Part shown: piece after piece, positions 19,643 to 30,973 of the stretch | How the letters are laid out: each line of letters opens with the position of its first letter | Position numbering within the stretch: position 1 is the first letter of the stretch | NCBI RefSeq assembly: GCF_046292185.1 | Contig: NZ_JBKBQY010000001.1 | Location: forward strand, 55,497-119,496 | Direction of reading: 5' to 3' | From: Yoonia sp. | GTDB taxonomy: Bacteria > Pseudomonadota > Alphaproteobacteria > Rhodobacterales > Rhodobacteraceae | DNA: 64,000 nucleotides | Notes under the pieces: model-generated | Databases searched by the model: none | Told to the model about the DNA's origin: nothing | What the model saw: the letters and a program-made list of their open reading frames with translations, nothing else | Program-made: the position numbers and the translations under genes

Positions 19643-20293
19643 ATGCTGATCCAGCCCCGTCCCCTTGATTCAAATTCCTCTGCCCATGAGCGGGTCTATC
19701 GCGCGCTGCGCACGCAGATCCTGCACGGCGAAATCGGCCCGGGCGAGGCGTTGACCCTGCGGGGGATCGGGAAAAGCTTTGATGTCTCCATGACCCCGGC
19801 GCGCGAGGCTGTGCGCAGACTGGTCGCCGAAGGCGCCTTGTTCCTGTCATCCTCTGGCCGTGTCTCGACACCCGCGCTGTCGAATGACCGGATCGAGGAA
19901 CTGGCGACATTGCGCGCGCTGCTTGAACCGGAACTTGCCTCTCGGGCCTTGCCGCGCGCGCACTTCGCCCTGATCGACCGGCTGGAGGCCATCAATCAGG
20001 GCGTCAGCCAGATGGTCGCGCGGCATGATGCATCAGGTTACATCCGGATGAATCTTGAATTTCACCGCATGCTTTATCTGCGCGCCCAGGCCCCGGCGAT
20101 GCTGGCGATGACGGAAACGGTCTGGCTGCAATTGGGTCCCACAATGCGCGCGCTTTACGGACGCCTGAACCGCAAGGATCCGCCATACCACCACAAGCTG
20201 ATCCTCAGCGCGTTGAAAGCGGGCGATGAACCCGGTCTGCGCCTGGCGATTCGTACGGATGTGACGCAGGGGCTGCGGATGCTGAAAGGCTAG
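19643..20293 (+). CDS. GntR-family transcriptional regulator (FadR/FCD-type C-terminal domain)
   Basis: ORF 19499..20293 trimmed to ATG 19643. wHTH region HERVYRALRTQILHGEIGPGEALTLRGIGKSFDVSMTPAREAVRRL, then an all-helical C-domain. Confidence 0.85.
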   Translation: MLIQPRPLDSNSSAHERVYRALRTQILHGEIGPGEALTLRGIGKSFDVSMTPAREAVRRLVAEGALFLSSSGRVSTPALSNDRIEELATLRALLEPELASRALPRAHFALIDRLEAINQGVSQMVARHDASGYIRMNLEFHRMLYLRAQAPAMLAMTETVWLQLGPTMRALYGRLNRKDPPYHHKLILSALKAGDEPGLRLAIRTDVTQGLRMLKG

Positions 20294-21132
20294 CAAGCGG
20301 ATTGACGCATTGTCCTTGCCGTGATCGCCTGATCGACAAGGCGCCGGACATCTTCTGCTGGTACGCCCAGCCCGTGCGTCAATGTGATCACGAACTGATA
20401 CTCGGCTGGAAACATTCTACCGCTGGCAATGGCGACAGTCAGTACGCCAAGGATCATGGCGTCTTTTTCATGATCAAGCAGCCCGCGACCAAAGGCGATA
20501 AAATCCGCCGGGGTTGGTGGTGCGTCGATCCGATCCACCACCCGTATGATGTCGGCCACAGGGACAGTCCGACCTGTCAGCCGCCTTATCGTTTCGCCGA
20601 TCAGCGCGAGTTCTGCGGCTGCGACGATGCCATCACATTTGCCGACATGACACATGGCCAGCAGAATGCGCCGCGTGGCCTTTTGGCGCAGCGGGGCACC
20701 GGGCGTGAGGCCGAGAATGGACCTGACGCGCCGGATGATTACCGCCAGCAGGGCCAGCGCTACCGCAAGCCAAAGGGCATACGCCGCCATGCGGGATTGC
20801 CCGCTGCGTGAAGTGGTGAACGGATTATCGCCTTCAATCAATCCAAGAGATTGGGCAATTTTCAGTTGTTCGGTGGTGAAACTGCGGTTGGCTGACGTCG
20901 TGCAAGCGTCCTGTGATAGGCCAAAACCAGTCTTAACCCGGGTCAGGGTCAGCCCAAGCAGTCGGAAATCCCGGGTTGTCTGGCACAGCGCATAAGGGGT
21001 GCCACCCGGGCCGGGAATACGGGTCTCGGATAAAAAGACCAGACCGTCAAAATTGCCCGTCCCGCCGGTGAAAGGATGCGCAGGTCCCACAAGGCCGAAC
21101 CATAGCAGGAAAGCGAAAATCACCTTTTTCAT
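20290..21132 (-). CDS. Exported/membrane protein with a C-terminal TerB-like domain (function unknown)
   Basis: ORF trimmed to ATG 21130-21132. Signal peptide MKKVIFAFLLWFGLVGPAHP, one TM (AAYALWLAVALALLAVII), C-terminal CDGIVAAAELALIGETIRRL resembling TerB/DjlA-N folds. The domain call is tentative. Confidence 0.6.
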   Translation of the reverse strand: MKKVIFAFLLWFGLVGPAHPFTGGTGNFDGLVFLSETRIPGPGGTPYALCQTTRDFRLLGLTLTRVKTGFGLSQDACTTSANRSFTTEQLKIAQSLGLIEGDNPFTTSRSGQSRMAAYALWLAVALALLAVIIRRVRSILGLTPGAPLRQKATRRILLAMCHVGKCDGIVAAAELALIGETIRRLTGRTVPVADIIRVVDRIDAPPTPADFIAFGRGLLDHEKDAMILGVLTVAIASGRMFPAEYQFVITLTHGLGVPAEDVRRLVDQAITARTMRQSAC

Positions 21133-21286
21133 CGTTAACCCTGCCACACGACACCAACATGCGCAAAATAACGATGGGATTGTGGCACTGATATGGTGAA
21201 TACGGCGCAACCGCCGGGAATTCGTCGCGCTGAGACGCCACGATGGCCCCAAGGGCCATCATGATCACTCGCCTCGCCGTATCAGA

Positions 21287-22675
21287 TCAGGCGTGGATCG
21301 CGCCGCCGCCACAGGCGAGTGCCGCTTCACGGACCGCCTCTGAATAGGTCGGATGGGCGTGGCATGTGCGGGCCAGATCCTCGGCTGCAGCTCCGAATTC
21401 CATCGCGACGCATATTTCATGGATCAGATCGCCCGCCATAGGCCCGATGATATGCGCGCCCAGAATGCGGTCGGTTTCCTTATCGGCGAGGATTTTCACG
21501 AAGCCTTCGCCCGAAAAGTTCGCCTTGGCGCGGGCATTGCCCATGAAGGGGAATTTGCCGACCTTATAGGCGCGGCCTTCTTCCTTCAGCATTTCCTCGG
21601 TCGCGCCGACATTGGCGACCTCGGGGTGGGTATAGATCACGCCGGGAATCACGTTGTAATTCACATGTGGGTGCTGACCGGCGATGCCTTCGGCGACGGC
21701 CATGCCTTCATCCTCGGCCTTGTGGGCCAGCATCGGGCCCGTGATCGTATCGCCGATGGCATAGATGCCCGGCACATTGGTCGCATATTTGTTGTCCGTC
21801 TTGATCTGGCCACGTTCGGTCAACTCAACACCCAGATCGGACAGGCCCAGACCATCGGTGTACGGCTTGCGCCCTGTAGCAACCAGCACGGTATCGGCGG
21901 TCATCGTATGTTCGCTGTCATCTTTGCGCAGTTTATAGGTCACGGTGGCCTTGCCGCCCTTGACCGTCACACCCTGCACAGCCGCGCCGAGGGTGAATTT
22001 CAGCCCTTGCTTGGTCAGCATCTTCTGGAACTGGCGCGCGATTTCTCCGTCCATCCCTGGGGTGATCGCATCTAGATACTCAATCACCGACACATCCGCA
22101 CCCAGACGGGCATAAACCGACCCAAGCTCCAGCCCGATCACGCCTGCGCCGATCACGACCATGGTCTTGGGGATCTTGCCCAGTTCCAGCGCGCCGGTAG
22201 AGGTGACAACAGTTTTCTCATCCACCTCGACACCCGGCAGGCTTGCCGGGGTGGACCCAGACGCGATGACGATATGTTTCGCCTCATGGACGTCATCGCC
22301 AACCTTGACCTTGCCCGCCTCGGGGATGGTTGCCCAGCCCTTGATCCAATCGACCTTGTTCTTCTTGAACAGAAACTCGATCCCGCCGGTGTTCTGCGCG
22401 ATTGTGTCGTCCTTGTAAGACAGCATCTGCTTCCAATCGACGCTTGGCGCCTTGCCTTTCAGGCCCATGGCGGCAAAGTTATGTTCCGCCTCGTGCAGCA
22501 TATGGGTCGCGTGCAGCATCGCCTTGGACGGGATGCAGCCGACGTTCAGGCAGGTGCCGCCCAGCGTTTCGCGGCCTTCGACGCAGCCGACCTTGAGGCC
22601 CAGTTGCGCCGCGCGGATCGCGCCGACATAGCCGCCGGGGCCTGCACCGATAAAGATGACATCATAGCTGGACAT
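21287..22675 (-). CDS. lpdA: Dihydrolipoyl dehydrogenase (E3)
   Basis: 462 aa. FAD motif GAGPGGY, redox-active [14 protein letters not shown]-terminal HAHPT. Confidence 0.97.
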   Translation of the reverse strand: MSSYDVIFIGAGPGGYVGAIRAAQLGLKVGCVEGRETLGGTCLNVGCIPSKAMLHATHMLHEAEHNFAAMGLKGKAPSVDWKQMLSYKDDTIAQNTGGIEFLFKKNKVDWIKGWATIPEAGKVKVGDDVHEAKHIVIASGSTPASLPGVEVDEKTVVTSTGALELGKIPKTMVVIGAGVIGLELGSVYARLGADVSVIEYLDAITPGMDGEIARQFQKMLTKQGLKFTLGAAVQGVTVKGGKATVTYKLRKDDSEHTMTADTVLVATGRKPYTDGLGLSDLGVELTERGQIKTDNKYATNVPGIYAIGDTITGPMLAHKAEDEGMAVAEGIAGQHPHVNYNVIPGVIYTHPEVANVGATEEMLKEEGRAYKVGKFPFMGNARAKANFSGEGFVKILADKETDRILGAHIIGPMAGDLIHEICVAMEFGAAAEDLARTCHAHPTYSEAVREAALACGGGAIHA

Positions 22676-22694
22676 GGGATAACTCCTTAAGACT

Positions 22695-23105
22695 TCAGAA
22701 AAGGGCCGAGATGATCATCAGCATGGTCGCCGCAAAGCCGACCATCCAGATCACCGACCGCCAGGGGGTCAGGCCGAAATAATAGGCGGGGATGTAAAGC
22801 ACCCGCGCGCCAAGATAGGTCCAGGCGCAGGCGGCAGACAGACCCGTCGCCTTATCGCCGAGCGTCACGACGACAACGGCAAGGGTGAAGAGGATCAGCC
22901 CTTCGAAATGGTTGCTGAGCGCACGGAACAGGCGGCCCGTCCTGGGGCTAACCTGTTCGATCAGCGGCTTGCCGAGGCGTTGAGGATCGCGCGGCCCGGC
23001 GGTCTTGCCGGGTCCGAGTTCAAGGTTCGCAGGCACCGCCATCAGCAGGAATTGCAACCCTTGCAACAAACCCGCGAGGGCGAGGACGGTGAGTTCAGGG
23101 GTCAT
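22695..23105 (-). CDS. MAPEG-family membrane protein
   Basis: ORF trimmed to ATG 23103-23105 ([21 protein letters not shown]...). ~136 aa, 3-4 TM, lies between sucB and lpdA. Confidence 0.7.
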   Translation of the reverse strand: MTPELTVLALAGLLQGLQFLLMAVPANLELGPGKTAGPRDPQRLGKPLIEQVSPRTGRLFRALSNHFEGLILFTLAVVVVTLGDKATGLSAACAWTYLGARVLYIPAYYFGLTPWRSVIWMVGFAATMLMIISALF

Positions 23106-23138
23106 CTTTTGCGGCCTTTCAACGTGCGCATGAATGCA

Positions 23139-23163
23139 CACCCTACAATTACTACGTAGGGTG
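23139..23163 (-). other. Intercistronic hairpin (8-bp stem CACCCTAC/GTAGGGTG) between sucB and the MAPEG gene
   Basis: Read directly. No T-tract follows on the minus strand. Confidence 0.35.
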
Positions 23164-23177
23164 GAGTTTACGCCACC

Positions 23178-24407
23178 TTACAGATCCATCAACAACCGGC
23201 GCGGATCTTCGAGTGCTTCTTTCACGCGCACAAGGAAGGTCACAGCGCCTTTGCCGTCCACGATCCGGTGGTCATAGGACAGCGCCAGATACATCATCGG
23301 GCGGATCACCACCTGACCGTCAATCGCCATCGGCCGGTCCTGAATCTTGTGCATGCCAAGGATACCCGACTGCGGGGGGTTCAGGATGGGCGAGGACATC
23401 AGCGAACCATATACGCCACCGTTGGAAATGGTGAAGGTGCCGCCCTGCATTTCCGCCATCGACAATTTACCGTCTCGGGCCTTGGCACCCATGGCGGCGA
23501 TGGCCTTTTCAATCTCGGCAAAGCTCATCTGGTCTGCATCGCGGATCACCGGCACCACGAGGCCGGTGGGCGTGCCGGCAGCGATCCCCATATGGACGTA
23601 GTTTTTATAGACCACATCGGTGCCGTCGATTTCGGCATTCACTTCGGGCACCTCGTTCAGCGCGTGGATACAGGCCTTGGTGAAGAAGGACATGAAGCCC
23701 AGTTTCACGCCATGTTTCTTGACGAACAGGTCCTTATAGGCATCGCGCAGCGCCATCACCTCGGTCATGTCGACCTCGTTATAGGTGGTCAGCATCGCAG
23801 CGGTGTTCTGGCTGTCTTTCAGACGCTTGGCGATGGTCTGGCGCAGGCGGGTCATCTTGACGCGTTCTTCGCGGGCTTCATCGCTGGCAGCGACAGGCGC
23901 GCGTGGCGCGGATGCCGGGGCAGGGGCGTCGGATTTCGCGGTCAGCGCTTTCAGCACGTCTTCTTTCATGACGCGGCCGTCCTTGCCGGTGCCTTTGACA
24001 TCGGACAGGTCGTTTTCGGCCATCATCTTTTTGGCGGATGGGGCGTCTTCGGGATCGCGCGGTTTGGTTTCTTCCGGGCCGGCATTGGTCTGGGTGGCGC
24101 TGGCGTCTGGTTTGCTGTCTGATTTCGACTCTTCTGCCTTCGGCGCGTCGTCCTTTTTCGCAGGGGCATCGCCTTCGGCGATCTGGGCCAGCAGCGCGTC
24201 GACGCCGACGGTTTCACCTTCGGCGGCAACGATCTCGGACAGGGTGCCTGCAACCGGGCTGGGCACTTCGACCGTGACTTTGTCGGTTTCCAGCTCGCAC
24301 AGCATTTCATCGACGGCCACGGCATCGCCGGGTTTCTTGAACCATGTGGCGATCGTCGCCTCGGTCACGGATTCGCCAAGTGTGGGGACGCGGACTTCGG
24401 TGGTCAT
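23178..24407 (-). CDS. sucB: Dihydrolipoyllysine-residue succinyltransferase (2-oxoglutarate dehydrogenase E2)
   Basis: 409 aa: lipoyl domain ([11 protein letters not shown]), Ala/Pro/Asp linker, catalytic DHRIVDG. Confidence 0.97.
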   Translation of the reverse strand: MTTEVRVPTLGESVTEATIATWFKKPGDAVAVDEMLCELETDKVTVEVPSPVAGTLSEIVAAEGETVGVDALLAQIAEGDAPAKKDDAPKAEESKSDSKPDASATQTNAGPEETKPRDPEDAPSAKKMMAENDLSDVKGTGKDGRVMKEDVLKALTAKSDAPAPASAPRAPVAASDEAREERVKMTRLRQTIAKRLKDSQNTAAMLTTYNEVDMTEVMALRDAYKDLFVKKHGVKLGFMSFFTKACIHALNEVPEVNAEIDGTDVVYKNYVHMGIAAGTPTGLVVPVIRDADQMSFAEIEKAIAAMGAKARDGKLSMAEMQGGTFTISNGGVYGSLMSSPILNPPQSGILGMHKIQDRPMAIDGQVVIRPMMYLALSYDHRIVDGKGAVTFLVRVKEALEDPRRLLMDL

Positions 24408-27367
24408 TTCTTTGTTCCTTTGATGGTCAGCGCGTCATTCACCAGCGCTTCTTGTTCTGCTTTGTGCTTGCTGGCCAGACCCGTGGCCGGGCTGGCTGCC
24501 GCGCTGCGACCTGCATAGACCGGGCGGCTGTGCTTGGCCTTGATCCGTGTCAGCACCCATTCCAAGTTGGGTTCCATGAAGGACCATGCCCCCTGGTTTT
24601 TTGGTTCTTCCTGACACCAGACCATTTCAGCGTTCTTGAACCGCTCGAGTTCCTTCATCGCCGATTGTGCGGGGAATGGATAGAATTGTTCAAACCGCAA
24701 GATATAGACATCATCCGCACCGCGCGCATCGCGTTCTTCCATCAGATCGTAATAGACTTTGCCCGAACACATCACCACGCGCTTGATCTTGTCATCCGCC
24801 ACCAGCTTGGTTTCCGAATTGCCGTACTGCGCGTCGTCCCACAACACGCGGTGAAAACTGGAGCCGGTGGTGAATTCCTCTTTCTTCGATACGGCCAGCT
24901 TGTGGCGTAGCAAGGATTTCGGCGTCATCAGGATCAGCGGCTTGCGATAGGTGCGGTGCAGTTGGCGACGCAGCAGGTGGAAATAATTCGCAGGCGTGGT
25001 GCAATTGGCGACAATCCAGTTGTCACCGCCACACATGGTCAGGAACCGCTCTAGACGCGCGCTGGAATGTTCCGGCCCTTGCCCTTCGTAGCCATGCGGC
25101 AGCAGACAGACGAGGCCGGACATCCGCAGCCATTTGCTTTCACCCGAGCTGATGAACTGATCGAACATGATCTGCGCACCATTGGCGAAATCGCCGAACT
25201 GCGCTTCCCACAGCGTCAGCGCATTGGGTTCCGCCAGCGAATAGCCATACTCAAAGCCCAGAACCGCATATTCCGACAGCATCGAATCGATGACTTCGTA
25301 CTTCGCCTGACCTTCGCGGATGTTGTTTAGCGGGTAATAGCGATCTTCGTTCTCTTGATTGATAAAGGCCGAATGCCGCTGGCTGAAGGTGCCGCGCGTG
25401 CTGTCCTGACCAGACAGGCGCACAGGATAGCCCTCCAGCAAGAGCGAGCCAAAGGCCAACGCCTCGCCCGTGGCCCAGTCGATGCCGGTGCCCTGTTCAA
25501 ACATCTTGCCCTTGGCGTCGCGGAGGCGGTCGATGGTCTTGTGCGTCGGGAAACCATTCGGCACCGTCGTCAGCGCCTTGCCGATGGCGGTGAAATCACC
25601 TTCGGAAATCGCTGTCTTGCCGCGCTGGTATTTCTTTTCCTTCATCCGGTCGAGATGCGACCAGCGCCCATCCAGCCAATCGGCCTTGTTGGGTTTGTAG
25701 TTTTTGCCAGCCTCGAATTCCTCGTTCAGATGCGCCTGAAACGCGGCTTTCATATCCTCGATCTCGCCTTCGGGGATCAACCCGTCCTTGACCAGACGTT
25801 CAGTATACAGCGTCAGCGTGGTCTTTTGTTTCTTGATCTTGGTATACATGACCGGGTTGGTGAACATCGGCTCGTCGCCTTCGTTGTGACCAAAGCGGCG
25901 GTAACAGATGATATCCAGCACCACGTCTTTGTGGAACTTCTGGCGGAATTCGGTCGCAACACGGGCGGCGTGGACCACAGCCTCTGGATCGTCACCGTTG
26001 ACGTGGAAAATTGGGGCTTCGACCATCAGCGCGATATCGGTAGGATAGGGGCTGGACCGGCTGAAATGCGGTGCCGTGGTGAAACCGATCTGGTTGTTCA
26101 CCACGATATGCATCGTGCCGCCGGTGCGGTGGCCACGCAGGCCGGACAGGCCGAAACCTTCGGCAACCACGCCCTGACCGGCAAAGGCCGCATCGCCATG
26201 CAGCAGGATCGCCATGACCTTGGTCTTGTCGGTATCTTTCTTCTGGTCCTGCTTGGCCCGGACCTTACCCAAAACAACCGGGTTCACAGCCTCAAGGTGG
26301 CTGGGGTTGGCGGTCAGCGACAGATGGATGGTGTTTTCATCAAAGCTGCGGTCATTCGAGGCGCCTAGGTGGTATTTCACATCGCCCGAGCCATCGACAT
26401 CCTCTGGCTTGAACGAGCCGCCCTGAAATTCGTTGAAAATCGCGCGATACGGTTTTTGCATCACATTCGCCAGCACCGATAAACGGCCCCTGTGCGGCAT
26501 GCCGATGACGATATCTTCCATCCCAAGCTGGCCACCGCGTTTGATGATCTGTTCCATCGCGGGGATCAGGCTTTCGCCGCCATCAAGGCCGAAACGCTTG
26601 GTGCCCATATATTTGACATGCAGGAATTTTTCAAAACCCTCAGCCTGCACCAGAGAGTTCAGGATCGCCTTGCGCCCGTTCTGGGTAAAGGTGATTTCCT
26701 TGCCGTAGCCTTCAATGCGTTCTTTCAGCCAACCCGCTTCTTCGGGGTTGGAAATATGCATGTATTGCAGCGCGAAGGTGCCGCAATAGGTGCGTTTCAC
26801 GATGGCGATAATCTCGGCCATGGTGGCGACTTCGAGCCCCAGCACATTGTCGATAAAGATCGGACGGTCCATGTCCTTGGCGGTAAAGCCGTAATTGGCC
26901 GGGTCCAGTTCCGGGTGCGGGACGGTTTCGCGCATGCCCAAAGGGTCCAGATCAGCGATCAGATGGCCACGGATACGGTAGGCGCGGATGATCATCAATG
27001 CACGCAAGGAATCGAGCACGGCGTTGCGCACCTGTCCCTCGGTGAGGCCAACGCCTTTTTCGGCGGCTTTCGCTTTGATCTTGTCAGCCGCAGCAGCAGG
27101 TTCCGCCGGCCATTGACCGTCAAGCGCGGCGGTCAGATCGTCATTCGGCACCGGCGGCCAGTCGCGGCGCGCCCAGCTTGGGCCGGCGGCTTCTGCCTGT
27201 GCATCGGCGGCTGTATCGCCAAGGCTGCGGAAAAACGCCTGCCAGCTTTCATCGACCGCCCCGGGGTTATCGGCGTAGCGCGCGTAAAGCTGTTCCACAT
27301 AGGCCGCGTTATGCCCCTGCAAAAAGCTGGAAGCGTGGAATACGTCGTTTGGGGAATGGTCGTTCAT
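24404..27367 (-). CDS. sucA: 2-oxoglutarate dehydrogenase E1 component
   Basis: 987 aa. N-terminus [15 protein letters not shown] and ThDP-dependent E1o architecture. ATGA overlap with sucB. Confidence 0.97.
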   Translation of the reverse strand: MNDHSPNDVFHASSFLQGHNAAYVEQLYARYADNPGAVDESWQAFFRSLGDTAADAQAEAAGPSWARRDWPPVPNDDLTAALDGQWPAEPAAAADKIKAKAAEKGVGLTEGQVRNAVLDSLRALMIIRAYRIRGHLIADLDPLGMRETVPHPELDPANYGFTAKDMDRPIFIDNVLGLEVATMAEIIAIVKRTYCGTFALQYMHISNPEEAGWLKERIEGYGKEITFTQNGRKAILNSLVQAEGFEKFLHVKYMGTKRFGLDGGESLIPAMEQIIKRGGQLGMEDIVIGMPHRGRLSVLANVMQKPYRAIFNEFQGGSFKPEDVDGSGDVKYHLGASNDRSFDENTIHLSLTANPSHLEAVNPVVLGKVRAKQDQKKDTDKTKVMAILLHGDAAFAGQGVVAEGFGLSGLRGHRTGGTMHIVVNNQIGFTTAPHFSRSSPYPTDIALMVEAPIFHVNGDDPEAVVHAARVATEFRQKFHKDVVLDIICYRRFGHNEGDEPMFTNPVMYTKIKKQKTTLTLYTERLVKDGLIPEGEIEDMKAAFQAHLNEEFEAGKNYKPNKADWLDGRWSHLDRMKEKKYQRGKTAISEGDFTAIGKALTTVPNGFPTHKTIDRLRDAKGKMFEQGTGIDWATGEALAFGSLLLEGYPVRLSGQDSTRGTFSQRHSAFINQENEDRYYPLNNIREGQAKYEVIDSMLSEYAVLGFEYGYSLAEPNALTLWEAQFGDFANGAQIMFDQFISSGESKWLRMSGLVCLLPHGYEGQGPEHSSARLERFLTMCGGDNWIVANCTTPANYFHLLRRQLHRTYRKPLILMTPKSLLRHKLAVSKKEEFTTGSSFHRVLWDDAQYGNSETKLVADDKIKRVVMCSGKVYYDLMEERDARGADDVYILRFEQFYPFPAQSAMKELERFKNAEMVWCQEEPKNQGAWSFMEPNLEWVLTRIKAKHSRPVYAGRSAAASPATGLASKHKAEQEALVNDALTIKGTKK

Positions 27368-27395
27368 GACTGGGGACCTTTGTTAAATATCGTCC

Positions 27396-27415
27396 GGCGG
27401 GGGCTGGCCCCCGCC
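27396..27415 (-). other. GC-rich intercistronic hairpin GGCGGGGG-ctgg-CCCCCGCC between sucD and sucA
   Basis: Read directly. 8-bp perfect stem, no T-tract. Confidence 0.4.
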
Positions 27416-27443
27416 GCAAATGGGCGTCGAGGTGATCCCCGAC

Positions 27444-28325
27444 CTACCCGATCGCTTTCAGCACAGCCTCGCCCAAAGTCGCAGGGCTGTCGGCCACGAT
27501 GATACCGGCGGATTTCATCGCTTCGATCTTGCTTTCGGCGTCGCCTTTGCCGCCCGCAACGATGGCACCCGCATGGCCCATACGACGTCCGGGAGGGGCG
27601 GTGCGACCTGCGATGAACCCGGCAGTTGGCTTCCAACGGCCTTTCTTGCGCTCATCGGCAAGGAATTGCGCGGCTTCTTCTTCGGCAGAGCCACCGATTT
27701 CACCGATCATGATGATCGAATGCGTCTCATCATCGGCCAGGAACATCTCCAAGATGTCGATATGCTCGGACCCTTTGATCGGGTCGCCGCCGATGCCGAC
27801 AGCAGTGGACTGACCCAAGCCGGAATCGGAGGTCTGTTTCACGGCTTCATAGGTCAGCGTGCCCGAGCGGGACACAACACCGACCGACCCGCGACGGTGG
27901 ATATGGCCGGGCATGATACCGATCTTGCAAGCGTCAGGCGTGATGACACCGGGGCAGTTTGGCCCGATCAGGCGGGATTTCGACCCTTCAAGCGCCCGCT
28001 TGACGCGCATCATGTCCAGCACGGGGATGCCTTCGGTGATGCAGATGATCAGCTCCATCTCGGCGTCAATCGCCTCCATGATACTGTCAGCGGCAAAGGG
28101 CGGTGGCACATAGATAACGCTCGCATTGGCTTCGGTGACGTGTTTCGCCTCGTGGACCGAGTTGAAGACCGGCAGGTCAAGATGTGTGCTGCCGCCCTTG
28201 CCGGGGGTCACGCCGCCGACCATCTTGGTGCCATAGGCGATGGCTTGTTCGGAATGGAACGTGCCCTGCGAACCTGTCAGGCCCTGGCAGATCACGCGGG
28301 TATTTTCGTTAACGAGAATGGCCAT
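27444..28325 (-). CDS. sucD: Succinate--CoA ligase subunit alpha
   Basis: 293 aa: [24 protein letters not shown]..., phosphohistidine loop MGHAGAI. Confidence 0.97.
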   Translation of the reverse strand: MAILVNENTRVICQGLTGSQGTFHSEQAIAYGTKMVGGVTPGKGGSTHLDLPVFNSVHEAKHVTEANASVIYVPPPFAADSIMEAIDAEMELIICITEGIPVLDMMRVKRALEGSKSRLIGPNCPGVITPDACKIGIMPGHIHRRGSVGVVSRSGTLTYEAVKQTSDSGLGQSTAVGIGGDPIKGSEHIDILEMFLADDETHSIIMIGEIGGSAEEEAAQFLADERKKGRWKPTAGFIAGRTAPPGRRMGHAGAIVAGGKGDAESKIEAMKSAGIIVADSPATLGEAVLKAIG

Positions 28326-28357
28326 ATTGGTGGCTCCTTGGGAAATCTGGGGGGTAC

Positions 28358-28375
28358 GGCGGGGTGAACCCCGCC
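28358..28375 (-). other. GC-rich intercistronic hairpin GGCGGGG-tgaa-CCCCGCC between sucC and sucD
   Basis: Read directly. 7-bp stem with a tetraloop. Confidence 0.4.
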
Positions 28376-28382
28376 CTACGGT

Positions 28383-29576
28383 TTAACCTTTGACGGCTTT
28401 CACGATCTTCTGCGCGCCGTCTTTCAGATCGTCAGCAGCGATCACATCAAGGCCGGAATTGCGGATGATGTCCTTGCCCTTCTCGACATTGGTGCCTTCC
28501 AGACGCACGACCAGCGGGACCTTCAGACCAACCTCTTTCACCGCGGCGATCACGCCTTCGGCGATGACGTCGCAGCGCATGATACCGCCAAAGATGTTCA
28601 CAAGGATGCCTTTGACATTGGGGTCAGAGGTGATGATCTTGAACGCCTCGGTCACCTTTTCCTTGGTTGCGCCACCGCCCACGTCAAGAAAGTTGGCAGG
28701 TTCGGCGCCGTAAAGCTTGATGATATCCATCGTCGCCATCGCGAGGCCGGCGCCATTGACCATGCAGCCGATTTCACCATCCAGCGCGATATAGTTCAGA
28801 TCGTATTTGGATGCGGCGAGTTCCTTGGAATCTTCCTCGGTTTCATCGCGCAGGCTGGCGATATCGGCCTGCCGGTACATCGCGTTGCCATCGAACGACA
28901 CCTTGGCATCCAGCACCTTCAGATCGCCCTTGTCGGTCACGATCAGCGGGTTGATTTCCAGCATCTCCATGTCTTTTTCAGTGAAAGCTTTGTAAAGCTG
29001 GCCCATCAGGGTGACGCATTGCTTCACCTGTCCGCCGGTCAGCCCCAGTGTGAATGCGACGCGGCGACCATGGAACGGCTGATAACCCGTTGCCGGATCG
29101 ACGCTGAACGACAGGATCTTTTCCGGGGTCGATGCGGCCACTTCTTCGATGTCCATGCCGCCTTCGGTAGAGACGACGAAACTGATGCGGCTGGTCTGGC
29201 GATCCACCAGCAGGGCCAGATACAGCTCGGTTTCGATCCCGGAACCATCTTCGATATAGACGCGGTTGACTTGCTTGCCTGCCGGGCCGGTCTGATGCGT
29301 GACCAGCGTCCGGCCCAGCATCTTTTTGGTTTCTTGTGCGGCTTCCTCGACCGACCGGCACAGGCGCACGCCGCCTGCTTCACCCGCATCGGCTTCCTTG
29401 AATTTACCTTTGCCACGGCCACCGGCGTGGATCTGCGCCTTGACGACCCAGAGAGGTCCGTCAAGCTCACCCGCCGCGGTTTTCGCGTCTTCTGCGCGGG
29501 TCACGGGCCGACCGTCGGAAACGGGCGCGCCATAGCTGCGCAGCAATGCTTTGGCCTGGTATTCGTGGATATTCAT
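28383..29576 (-). CDS. sucC: Succinate--CoA ligase subunit beta (ADP-forming)
   Basis: ORF trimmed to ATG 29574-29576 ([12 protein letters not shown]...), the canonical SucC N-terminus. Confidence 0.97.
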   Translation of the reverse strand: MNIHEYQAKALLRSYGAPVSDGRPVTRAEDAKTAAGELDGPLWVVKAQIHAGGRGKGKFKEADAGEAGGVRLCRSVEEAAQETKKMLGRTLVTHQTGPAGKQVNRVYIEDGSGIETELYLALLVDRQTSRISFVVSTEGGMDIEEVAASTPEKILSFSVDPATGYQPFHGRRVAFTLGLTGGQVKQCVTLMGQLYKAFTEKDMEMLEINPLIVTDKGDLKVLDAKVSFDGNAMYRQADIASLRDETEEDSKELAASKYDLNYIALDGEIGCMVNGAGLAMATMDIIKLYGAEPANFLDVGGGATKEKVTEAFKIITSDPNVKGILVNIFGGIMRCDVIAEGVIAAVKEVGLKVPLVVRLEGTNVEKGKDIIRNSGLDVIAADDLKDGAQKIVKAVKG

Positions 29577-29669
29577 AGGGCATGTCCAATTTGACTTCGG
29601 TTGCGACAGTCTAAAACACATAAAAACGCGTATTTCTAACTGAAAAGTAGCGCCGACCGCTTTAATCCG

Positions 29670-29709
29670 ACATTTGTGATCACTGGGCGAAAAAGCGTGA
29701 TCACAAAAA
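29670..29709. promoter_or_regulatory. Paired GTGATCAC palindromes (29676-29683 and 29697-29704, centres 21 bp apart) upstream of sucC
   Basis: Plus strand reads ACATTTGTGATCAC-tgggcgaaaaagc-GTGATCACAAAAA. In sucC orientation the proximal copy is GTGATCACAAATGT, identical to the sdhC-proximal copy. Confidence 0.55.
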
Positions 29710-29800
29710 CTGTCATCGCATGGTCGTGGATGGTTTTAGGTAATTTCCAAAAGATTCGGCGCAGCGATTATGCGCGTCTTCAGCCGTTGGATACCGGCCT

Positions 29801-29829
29801 AAAACAAAAGGGCCGCCAGTGGCGGCCCC
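29801..29829 (-). terminator. Rho-independent terminator of mdh
   Basis: Minus strand GGGCCGCC-act-GGCGGCCC followed by TTTTGTTTT, 25 nt after the mdh stop. Confidence 0.8.
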
Positions 29830-29853
29830 GTTCCTCACAGGTGCATGTATTGA

Positions 29854-30936
<1,083 letters not shown>

Positions 30937-30973
30937 CTAATCAGGTCACAACAAAGGCAATTGGGGCTGTGCG

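Noticed and set aside
21242-21260. Hairpin GATGGCCC-caa-GGGCCATC downstream of lpdA as the operon terminator.
   Set aside because: It is plausible in position but has no T-tract on the minus strand, so I cannot separate it from a chance GC-rich inverted repeat.
25355-26368. 337-aa plus-strand ORF inside sucA. Similar long antisense ORFs occur at 8595-9299, 21353-22075, 23268-24122, 26492-27502, 27420-28367, 35989-36981, 37969-38895, 46497-47432, 54070-55110 and 60154-61011.
   Set aside because: All lie antisense to strongly supported conserved genes, have low-complexity R/G/A/H-rich translations, and are the expected stop-codon-poor frames of GC-rich DNA.
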